Assembly (NCBI GenBank): GCA_950097015.1
Contig: CATNEN010000038.1
Location: 27,776,001 to 27,840,000 of the forward strand
Source of the DNA: Macrostomum hystrix
Taxonomy: Eukaryota; Animalia; Platyhelminthes
Direction of reading: 5' to 3'
Length of the DNA: 64,000 bases
The notes beneath the pieces were generated by a model. That model had not been told where the DNA came from. It did not search any database and worked only from the letters and a program-made list of their open reading frames with translations. Both the position numbers and the translations under genes were made by a program. Position 1 is the stretch's first letter. Each line of letters begins with the position of its first letter. Shown here in pieces: positions 1 to 10,200 of the stretch.

Positions 1-2083
1 GAGAGCGAATGCTGAGAACCAAGCAGGAAAGAAAGTGGAGTCCATAAAGCTGAAGCGCAAGTTCGAATCTTTGGTTAGTCACTGAGCACTGACCAATTAC
101 ATATACGAGCGTATACGAGATATATACCTATTTTGTGATATCTCGCATACCTTTAATTTTCAACTAGGTTACCCAGTTGGCAAAAATCGGAGGCAGTGCC
201 TCTTGTGTAATTCGTCTGCCAGACCGCAAACTAGTCATTCTTGAAACCCCTGATGTTAGTGGAGCCGCAGAGCGGACGAATTTCGCTTCAGTAAGTAACT
301 TCTAGCGCTTTAGTCCACATGCGAATACCAAGTTGAACGCGAGTTAAATCGTTATTCAACGTTTTGTCTCTTTCTAGTATGCGTTCTTTCGCAGCAGCGG
401 TTCTACCGATGACATGACAATCGAAGAGTTGCGCTCTTCATGCGCTTCCATGCTACAGCTTAAGTATAGTAAGTGCGACTATTCTGCATAATCGTATATC
501 ATTGTATATCATTCCGTTAAACGTATTTCAGAATGTAGAATGTAATGTAGTCCTCGATTGTGTATGTCCATCTATCCAAATTATGTTACTACTTTCAGAT
601 TATTATAATTAACTTGTATGAGCACAATCCTGTAATGCTTTTAGAGCAGTCAGGCGGCGGCCGTCGTCTGAACTACGTAAAATATCCAGCCCAGGGATTT
701 TGGTCCTCATGGCCTCTAGGCGTTCCACCGAATATTCCAGTCAATTCGATGTCAAAGGAGCAGCTTCTCAAAGTCTGGCGCGTCAGAGACGAGCTACAGT
801 TCAATCCCAGGAGCAGCTCCTCTGTTTCAACCGGATCGTTTAATCGAAATCTGGATCATGAGTCTGGGTTTGTTATACCATATTTTTTACATATTTTTTT
901 TAAGTTCGTTGTGCTTGGATTAGCAGCCTGCAAAAAGGCAATTCTGCCAATTTCGCTGACCCCTGAACAGACACGCGCATACTCACTAGAAAGTGTGTGT
1001 GTGTGTGTGTGTCTGTGTGTGTACTCTTGTACTCTGTATGTAAACTCTGCCCTGACTTCATCCTCAGGCAGCTCGTCGACGCTTGTACACTCACAGTGTG
1101 CCTCCGACCGTCCAATGCGTCAACTGCACTTCCCACTTCCCTATTTTTAAGCTAAGTACTCATGAACTCACTAAACTCCTTTTAGGTCATCCGTGGCTGG
1201 CGTTTTTTCGGGTTTTGTCGAATACGATAGCACCAATCAAGCCACCTTTGAGCGCTCATCTTCCGAGACCGCTTCCGATTCTGGTGCTGCTGCCTCGGTG
1301 CGCACGACATCTGGTGCTGCTGCCTTGGTGCGCACGACATCTGGTGCTGCTGCGTCGGTGCGCTCGACATCTGGTGCTGCTGCGTCGGTGCGCTCGACAT
1401 CTGGTGCTGCTGCCTCGGTGCGCTCGACATCTGGTGCTGCTGCCTCGGTGCGCACGACATCTGGTACTGCTGCGTCGGTGCGCTCGACATCTGGTGCTGC
1501 TGCGTCGGTGCGCTCGACATCTGGTGCTGCTGCGTCGGTGCGCTCGACATCTGGTGCTGCTGCCTCGGTGCGCACGACATCTGGTGCTGCTGCCTCGGTG
1601 CGCTCGACATCTGGTACTGCTGCGTCGGTGCGCTCGACATCTGGTGCTGCTGCCTCGGTGCGCTCGACATCTGGTGCTGCTGCCTCGGTGCGCTCGACAT
1701 CTGGTGCTGCTGCCTCGGTGCGCTCGACATCTGGTGCTGCTGCCTCGGTGCGCACGACATCTGGTACTGCTGCGTCGGTGCGCTCGACATCTGGTGCTGC
1801 TGCCTCGGTGCGCTCGACATCTGGTGCTGCTGCCTCGGTGCGCTCGACATCTGGTGCTGCTGCCTCGGTGCGCACGACATCTGGTACTGCTGCGTCGGTG
1901 CGCTCGACATCTGGTGCTGCTGCGTCGGTGCGCTCGACATCTGGAACCATTATCACTAACTCCGATCCTTCACCTCCTTTCTCGTTAGTCCAGAGTACAG
2001 TTGCCGGGTCGTCTGGCATTCGCGTTTTCTTTCGTTCCTCTGACTCAGTAGCGACAAAAGTTTTTCGAATAGACACCTCTTAG
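1..2083 (+). CDS. 5'-partial multi-exon gene encoding a TFII-I/GTF2I-like protein (N-terminal ES-x4-LAK domain, one I-repeat-like domain, 22 x 10-aa Ser/Ala/Thr tail)
   Basis: Exons <1-73, 168-290, 378-468, 645-867, 1186-2083. All introns are GT-AG, phases 0,0,1,2 join into one open frame ending TAG 2081-2083. Translation ...KLKRKFESLVTQLAKIGGSASCVIRLPDRKLVILET...NFASYAFF...TIEELRSSCASMLQLKYKQSGGGRRLNYVKYPAQGFWSSWPLGVPPNIPVNSMSKEQLLKVWRVRDELQFNPR... The family call is a by-eye match to recalled TFII-I sequence, not a search. Confidence 0.72.
920..1090 (+). mobile_element. Diverged 3'-UTR fragment of the LINE at 25030-25890, in an intron
   Basis: GCAGCCTGCAAAAAGGCAATTCTGCCAATTTCGCTGACCCCTGAACA matches 9973-10020 and the reverse complement of 25075-25125. 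Contains a (GT)n tract and the CTGCCCTGAC...TCAGGC hairpin. Confidence 0.55.
1281..1945 (+). repeat. 30-bp coding tandem repeat, 22 copies (CTGGTGCTGCTGCSTCGGTGCGCWCGACAT; SGAAASVRST)
   Basis: Directly visible 30-bp period inside the last exon of the TFII-I-like gene. Confidence 0.97.
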
Positions 2084-2236
2084 CAACCGTCTTCTTTTCT
2101 GGCTCATATCAGTTAAAGATTGTGAACATAAAATCGGTCGTAGTTTACGCTAAGGTCTTTCTAGCCACTGTTTTAGTTCTTATTCGTAGTTGTACAACTT
2201 CCCACGATAGAAACACCGAGCATCTAAAATTCTGGA

Positions 2237-2613
2237 TTGCATTTAGATAATGTTGCATTTAGATAGTGTTGCATTTAGGTAGTGTTGCATTTAGATAGTG
2301 TTGCATTTAGATAGTGTTGCATTTAGATAGTGTTGCATTTAGGTAGTGTTGCATTTAGGTAGTGTTGCATTTAGATAGTGTTGCATTTAGGTAGTGTTGC
2401 ATTTAGATAATGTTGCATTTAGATAGTGTTGCATTTAGATAGTGTTGCATTTAGATAGTGTTGCATTTAGGTAGTGTTGCATTTAGGTAGTGTTGCATTT
2501 AGATAGTGTTGCATTTAGGTAGTGTTGCATTTAGGTAGTGTTGCATTTAGATAGTGTTGCATTTAGGTAGTGTTGCATTTAGATAGTGTTGCATTTAGAT
2601 AGTGTTGCATTTA
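2237..2613. repeat. 17-bp minisatellite (TAGRTAGTGTTGCATTT)
   Basis: Directly visible, about 22 copies. Confidence 0.95.
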
Positions 2614-3199
2614 GCGGTGCGTATTTTTAATGCAGGATGACGAGAACAAGTGGGGAGCTGGACTAAAACGAGGTAGAAACCAGAATAAAGTTAGCCCGCT
2701 CTACAGCATTTATCACATGCTTATGTAAGCACTGCTCCCCTCACCTTTCGAAGTGCTTGAGTGGCAAAAGGCCATGATGGTAATTTTATACTGAGTTGAT
2801 CAGGCGCAATCAAGGCAAAAGGACTTTATCAATGACCACTTGACAACATACAGCTTGCTAATTAAATAAGATTTGAGAGGAATTTAAGTATACGTGATTG
2901 GCAGCCAAAAGTTTGACTTCACTCATGTGAGTTGTTACTCGTAAAGGCTGAAAGTGTACTCTCAGTTTTCCTGGATTTTCTTGGCTTTTTTACTTTGCTT
3001 AATCAAGTCGCTAGATTTAGCTAGGTACTTTTTTCTTTGCTAAGCACTTACTATGTCTTCTTACGGAAAGTGTGGCGAGGTTCTACATGTATGACAATTG
3101 TTGTAATGGGAAATTAAAAAATGCAGCCATAAACCATTTTCATGGTGTATGGAATATCCTGCGGAGTAATATTCATAAAATAATTAACTGCACGTGCCC

Positions 3200-3330
3200 C
3201 AATTGGGGCAGATTTACAGAAGACAGCACAGCCGCAGCTATTTTGCGCTGTGCCTCCGCAGGCTGGGTATGACTATTCAGTCCATGGACTGGGGCGGGGC
3301 CACGCGCAGCCTCAATTACGCTGGCACCCG
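3200..3330 (-). mobile_element. Diverged LINE 3'-UTR fragment
   Basis: GCAGGCTGGG...GTCCATGGACTGG...CGCAGCCT is collinear with GCAGGTTGGG...GTCCATGGACTGG...CGCAGCCT at 25124-25177. Confidence 0.45.
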
Positions 3331-3607
3331 TTTAAAGCTTGGCCTTAATAACATGGTATATAATAACAAACGCTACGTAGCCCACTGCATGGTAACAAAA
3401 AATGGGCATCAATTAAGGCTCGCGTCGAATGGGGCGCCACAGCAGACAGCTTGCGAGCGGACAAACTCCGGCCGTTGTCAGTGTCGTTTGAGACCATAAA
3501 AAACGTAAAATTTTGCTTAGTCTAAAAAACTAAAATTAAACTTACACTCCATATTCAACTCAAAACGCGTGACTTGTATATCGAGCACTGGATTGACTCC
3601 GATGTAA

Positions 3608-3886
3608 GTAGGATGACTGCGAGTGTATTCAATACAGCTGGGATGCAAGTACATGTAGGATGACTGCGAGTGTATTCAATACAGCTGGGATGCAAGTACA
3701 TGTAGGATGACTGCGAGTGTATTCAATACAGCTGGGATGCAAGTACATGTAGGATGACTGCGAGTGTATTCAATACAGCTGGGATGCAAGTACATGTAGG
3801 ATGACTGCGAGTGTATTCAATACAGCTGGGATGCAAGTACATGTAGGATGACTGCGAGTGTATTCAATACAGCTGGGATGCAAGTA
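3608..3886. repeat. 47-bp tandem repeat, 6 identical copies, interrupted by the Tc1-like element
   Basis: Units start at 3608, 3655, 3702, 3749, 3796, 3843. The unit resumes (TACATGTAGGATGACT) at 5486. Confidence 0.95.
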
Positions 3887-5485
3887 TTGCTTTTGTCGCG
3901 CTATGTGGAACAGTGGACATGCAAAACGGAACGGCCCATGGTGGAATTCTATGGCCAAGCGTTTGAATTCACACGAGAAAGAAGCCATAGACAACTCAAT
4001 TTGTCATGCTATGTGGAACGATGAGCCAGAATAGAAGGAACGATTTTAGTTTTTCAGAGACAAGAACACGCTTTCATTTTCTTTCGTTTGATCAGTTAAG
4101 CAATAATGGCGCCCCAAATTGCTGTACGTGATCGACGTACAGCGCATCGTCGCCGCCTTGCACCGTGGACTGTCGATGAAGGATGTGTCAGTCTTGTTAG
4201 GAGTATCCAAAACTTCTGTTCAGCGTATTCGGTCAACATTCGAACAAGCTGCATGGCAGGTTGGAAGCTTTGCCTCGTGGAGGATGCAAGGAAGCAAACT
4301 GCAAAATGGACGCAAAGATGCGAGATTTTTTACAACATGAGGTGCAGCGAAATCCCTTTCAAACGCTAAAGTCAATGGCTGAGAAGCTGATCGGACGCTT
4401 TCCTGACAAGCCACAGGTGAGCCTTAAAACAATTGATCGAACAATGGATGGTTTGCTCTTTACGGTCAAACTTGCTACCAAGGGGACGGATATATTCACC
4501 TAAACACCAACCGAGTCGAAAGCCTGGACGCCAGAAGCGAATACGCTAACTTCATGCTCCACTTAGCTCCAGGAGTTCACACTGTCTACTTAGATGAGAC
4601 CGGTTTTAACTTGTGGACCCGGAGGTCGTAGGGCAGGTCGGCTCGTGGACACCAAGTGTTCGCAAGGATTCGGCACGGTGACAACCCAGAGGGGTCCTAA
4701 CGTTACGGTTTGCATGGCAATTTCGTCGGAGTTCCGGTTGGTGCATTATGTCATCCAGAGAGGGGCCAAACGCAGCAAAGGTTTCAAGAATTTTTAGACC
4801 ACCTAGCAGACCGCTGCCATCAACTGGACCCTACCGGAAACTGGGTAATTTTTATGGATGGCCCAAATTTTCATCGTGGTGTGGAGATCCGAGAGAACCA
4901 TCGGGACAGAATTGTGACACGAATCCTACCCCCGTATTCACCATTTCTAAACCCGACCGAATTTGCTGCGTTGAAGTCAAATCTCAAGAACCGTTTGGCG
5001 GAAGCCGGCATGGTTGAGAATGAGCAAGTTTGAACAGAAGGAGTGACACTTAAGCAGTGGAGATTCATGCTACTTGAACGAGAGGCGACTGAAGCTGTTG
5101 GTCAAGCAATCACTGCGGACAAGTGCGCTGGCTGGGAGCTGCGCTGCAATCGATTGTTTGGATTGGGTTTGAGGCGACATCTGTTTTAGGGGTTGAAATT
5201 TTTTAACTTTGATGTTTCAATTGCAGACTTAAAATATGATTTATTGGAATGCAACTCTGAAAAATGTTCTGTTTCTGCTTAATTTCATTCTTTCTGCAAA
5301 TAAAATCTAAAATCGTTCCTTCTATTCTGGCTCATCGTTCCACATAGCATGACAAATTGTCTTGCATCAATTGCATGAGTTGTCTATGGCTTACTTTCTT
5401 TTGTGAGTTCAAACGCTCGGCCATAGAATTCCATGGGCCGTTCCGTTTTGCATGCCCACTGTTCCACATAGTGCGAAAAATACAA
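3887..5485 (+). mobile_element. IS630-Tc1-mariner DNA transposon (Gambol-like), full length but decayed
   Basis: Imperfect TIRs of ~165-180 bp (3887-4049 and 5307-5485), each with an internal direct repeat CTATGTGGAAC. TA duplication at 3885-3886 and 5486-5487. Transposase remnants inside. Confidence 0.93.
4106..5189 (+). pseudogene. Tc1/IS630-type DDE transposase with frameshifts and stops
   Basis: HTH (GLSMKDVSVLLGVSKTSVQRIR), LPRGG linker, YLDETGFNLW, QRGPNVTVCMAIS, FMDGPNFH, LPPYSPFLNPTE and ITADKCAGW are spread over several frames with internal stops. Confidence 0.9.
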
Positions 5486-5723
5486 TACATGTAGGATGAC
5501 TCTGAGTAAGTGAGTTAAGTGAAGTGGTAAAAAGCTTCGTACATATGTATATGGCAAATTCTTAACAAAATGTTTTTTGGGTGGCGTAAGGGTGAACGAT
5601 ATGCTGACGATGGCGGGCCAATCGTTGAAATTGCGTGAGCCGAAGTGAATAATTTCGACAAAGTAAGTTAAAAATCACTTTGACATGTCTACGCTCTTAT
5701 AATGTGCCCTGGGCATTCACGCT

Positions 5724-6146
5724 TGTCACGATGCCCAAGCACACTAATACGAGCATTTTAATTTAATTGCGTACACGCACGATGACTCAGTTTAAGTCAT
5801 CGTGAGGCAGATAACAGGTAACTGTCTGCCTGTCTCGCTTGACCTTGGAGCATGTGCACCTATGTCTGTTAGTTTGATGCGAATCTGCGGGGCTTCAGCC
5901 TCTCCCCCGCGCTGTCAGTATTTAAGAGGGCTTTCAGCCTGTGTGCCAGCGCGCTTTTTGACACCTTCTGCTGCGTGTTGCTTTTCGAGTCTGCATTTCT
6001 AAAACTGGTGCCGCTGGTTATTTTAGCGCCAAATAAATGTTCGCTTTAACTGTCCGGCCTCGTCCTATCGGTTGTTCGTGCCATGCATTTCTGCTGCTTG
6101 GACTACATCCTCTGGGAGTTAGCATTTTTTTGGGTTATTGCGATAC
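5724..6146 (+). mobile_element. Possible solo LTR
   Basis: Starts TGTCACGATGCCCAA, ends TTGGGTTATTGCGATA (degenerate inverted ends). TATTTAAG at ~5919 and AATAAA at ~6032. No TSD found. Confidence 0.3.
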
Positions 6147-7279
6147 CAAAATATTAATTTGTAAGTACTTTTACCTGATTGAAATGTGGTTCCAATCATC
6201 AAGGACAATTTATAATTGGACGAATCAACCAACGATTCATAATTTAAGCTTACGCTCGTAGTCCTTCTGGTATAATTGGCACGTTCTAGAACCGAAAAAA
6301 AGAAAGAAATCGGATGAATAAAACTTTATACAGACCTAAAATTTTATTCGCCGTTAATTAATTTCCGTTAAACACACAATCAGATATACAATTTATTTGG
6401 CTTTTAACCGTTTCCTTAAAAAAATCGCAGCAAGGAAAGCAATCCAATATACATTCATGATTGAAGTAACAAAAATGGAGATATTTTTGACTTACCATGA
6501 GCCTTAGATTTAATAAATAATGAACATAGCTTTGATTCTCATCAAAACGTGTCGTCTTTCCACAAGCTCTCTAAGACATCAGCGATCACGGTAGGTTCTA
6601 GATCAACTGAACTCAATTTGTAACAAAAACTGGGTAACTATCCTTTCTATATATTATGGATCAGAGAAACCATTCAAACAATCATAGGCATGCAATGTAA
6701 GGGGCGTAAGGAACAATTACGAGAATTTAGTTGGGCACAGGACGGAACCGGTATAAATGTAACAATTACTTGCTACGTTAAGCTACGCTTGTTTCTATGG
6801 TATTTATATAATGCCTCGAATTTAGTCTATTATACAATTAAAAAATAGCTAGAAGTACAACGTTCAGAAACAACACAAATATAAGTAGGGAGATACGAGA
6901 AGTTATACGAGAAGATACAAGAACCTGAAGTACAATAAGCTTGACTGATTTGCAAATACATAAGTGAACTGCATGTACATTACTAAACAAGAACAGCATT
7001 AAAAAGAATTTCTGAGCATAAGATTATAGCTTATCCTGTGCAAGTAACGTGACTTTAATCAACTGCGCTTGTAAGTGCCACAGATAACCTAAAGCCACAG
7101 CCACACTGCTGCTCTGAACATTTTTGCTGCCTATCGCTAGCTCGTACGTACGCGTTTTCTTAGCACATACATGTGTAAGTTAAACTGGTCTGGGAATCCA
7201 GAGCACATATGTCATTCACAAGTAAGTCAGAGAAAAAGAAGTGCAGACCCGACAACGCAGTGCATTAAGAGAACTGAAT

Positions 7280-10200
7280 TCATTCAGTGTCTGTGTCATC
7301 ATCCGATGCTGAAAGAACAGGAAGGAATGAAATAATAGTACGAAAAGCTATTTATAGCACAATGTAAAGCAGTACGAGCGACAAATCACGCGCGCATATT
7401 CGACAATTTGTTGCCTGTGTGGGCAACAAAAACATAATAAAGTGAGCCCGAAATAATCTAGTCTAAAGTGATGAGATACAAACACTTTCAATCTTTACAA
7501 CCTTCTGAAACTATCATACCATAACATGGACATGGTCGCCGAATCGTTTTTAAAAATTGGCAATTTTTACTTACCGGAGTCACTCATAGAGTAAACGTCA
7601 CACGTTTCTTCGTCAAGAGCCACAGAGCCGACTGCCTCCATCGCCAGTATGTTGGTGTCTTGAACCAGGGTTTTTTCTGATGGAAAGGCGGTGACATGCC
7701 GATGAAGAAGTCGACTGAGACCGATGAGCCGATTGTAAAGCACAGGAGAGTTATAATGACTTGAGGCAATGCGCGCCCAGGTTTGCTGAATGGCCCGAAG
7801 TAGAAAGCGGGTGGAGCGTCGAACTTCACACTCCACAATGGCTATCTCCTCTTTAGCTCGAAGGCGCATATGATATAGACGATAGGCAACCATCTGCGAC
7901 GTTGTATTTGCGTCCAATTGGCTAAGATTAGCTGTTTTAAAGCCTTCAGCTGCAAAGCTCGTAAAATCTTCTAGACTAAGTGGAGGCTCAGAAGATAGGC
8001 TAGAGTTGAAGCGACGAACTATGATCTCGCGTTTTTTATCGATTGCTTTCTTAGCCGACGCCAAGCGTTTTGCCATTTTCTGACCCCGATCGGTAGCGAC
8101 ATGCTGGGCCAGATATTCCCGCTCTGCGGTTAGTGCAGCTAGATCGTTGATAGCTAACTCACGAGTAGTGCTCACCCGTCTTTGATTAGATGTTGCCATG
8201 ATGGATGCACAAAAGTCTGGCGCCCAAGATTCCACGTACGCCTCAAAAGCAGAAAGCGTCGCTGAAAAAAGTAACGAAAAATTATTGCGGAAAAGCAAGA
8301 GTAAAAAGAGGCTACATTTAATCGAGTGCAAAGCATGCTGTACTAAATTAAAATGTTTTGCTTTTGTGCAAAGTTTATCTGACGAGTTCATACGTGAGAT
8401 TTGATGGCTCGAAGCAAATGCAGTTATCTCATTTTCGATGCGTGCATTGGTCCGCTGGACGTATTTGATGCGCTGCGTCAGCCAGTTAGCTACACGAATT
8501 TAGGCATCGGATGGGATGGTTGTTAAGTTATTAATTGGGATAAAACTTTCACGTGTACAGAATTAGCTGACTTTGATAACTTATTAGCATGAGCGCAAGA
8601 GAAAGAGGTCAAGAAGCACAAGATGCAAAACTTCCCGCAAAAGCATTTCCGGTTCATTTATAAACTACAAGTAGCTGGTATTGCCTTACTGATGTTGACG
8701 ATTAATTCGAAGTTCATGTCAGCAGCTAAAGTGTTTAAAAATCGACGTCTATTGACGTGAGTCATCTCCTTCGTTTGTGCGGAAAAACGCCGTAAATAGC
8801 TCCACAGTCGTTCGCAACCTTCGCCGTCTGTAAGACCGACATCCGGTTTGAAGCGTACGCCGTTTGTTAGCTGGCACGGCCATGAATGTCCGTAGGCATG
8901 CATTGCAGGCACTACGAAAGCAATTTGAGAATCCCGAAATGTAGCTTTCAGCTTGCATGCAATGTCATATGAGACAATAATGCGAGCCGCTGGGTTGCGT
9001 GCCACAGCTGTCTTCACTGATGCCACAGCGTAGTTGAGTCTAAGATGGAGTAGTTCGGATTGGCTAGCAAGTAAGTCCAGTGCATAGTACATTAAGTTTA
9101 AAGTTTCTGCGACCAACCCCAAACTTAATGTGGCTTTGCCTTGTAGCGGCTCATGACTAGCCGTTAGGATGCATTACCACTCTGCCAATGATCAGAAAAA
9201 ATGAAAAATGAAAATTCCTAACTAAAACTAAACTCTTAATCACATTACCGTTCTCCACTTGTAATCATATCCGAAAGCGTTAATATTGACTCGTGGCGGC
9301 AAGATGCAGCAAACAGGCCAAAGACATCCAAATTTGTTTTGTCTCTTGCCGTGACGAGCTGCTGACCTCTTTCACCTGCTTTCCAATTAGGACAACTCTG
9401 AGCATTGACTTGAAAGTCACCGGACATGTCTGCTTCCACAAAGTAGCTATTGGTGTCGTGCTCAGGAAAAGATGAAAGGCCGGCAGAGGCTCTGTGCCGC
9501 ATTCCGAAGCAGCCGTCGAGCTGAACAATCAATGGAGCCGACAAGGTATCTTGGCATTCGGACTAAACAGAGATTAGGAATGGTTAAAAAAATTATTTTG
9601 ACTAAAAAAGCAATACAATACACGATGGAGCACTGTTTGGAGAAAGTGGGGCAAAACTTGACGAAATTTCGAGGCTCCTATAAATTACATTTCGCACATG
9701 TGAATATTTACAATACCCATGATTAGATATAAGAGAAGGAAAAATGCTAATTCTTCGACTTAAACCGTATAGCAAGCTGGACAATTGGTCTCTCCATCCC
9801 ACTGAATTGAACTCAAAAGCTGGCGAAAAGCAGTCATTGAGCCGAAAGTATTCAGCGGCCGGTATAGATTCATCTGAAATAAAAAAGCTTGATAACATAT
9901 ACTACCTGTAATAATAATAATGTTAGCAGGAGGGCTGTGGGCAATGGCACATCATTTGGTGACACTAGACCTGCAGCCAGCGAGGAGGCAATTCTGCCCA
10001 TTCCGCTGACTCCTGAGCACACACGCACACAGATACCGTACGCAGGCACACACTCACACAGAGGTGTACATCTGCCCTGACTTTTTCATCGTCAGGCGGT
10101 GTACATTTTCTCTGTGCGTTGGAGGTTGGCCCTCATGGGCGTAAATTGCACGACAAGCCCCCAAGCCTTCTCTCCGCGGCTGCACCTCAAATTAATGTGG

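Noticed and set aside
1083-2076. Alternative repeat ORFs (1083-1988 +, 1182-1940 -, 1237-2076 -)
   Set aside because: They stay open only because the 30-bp unit lacks stops. Only the frame of 1193-2083 joins the upstream exons in phase.
10070-10100. Hammerhead ribozyme on the minus strand (CTGACGA..GAAA)
   Set aside because: No stem II between CTGACGA and GAAA, and no stem III with a cleavage triplet. A simple hairpin explains it.
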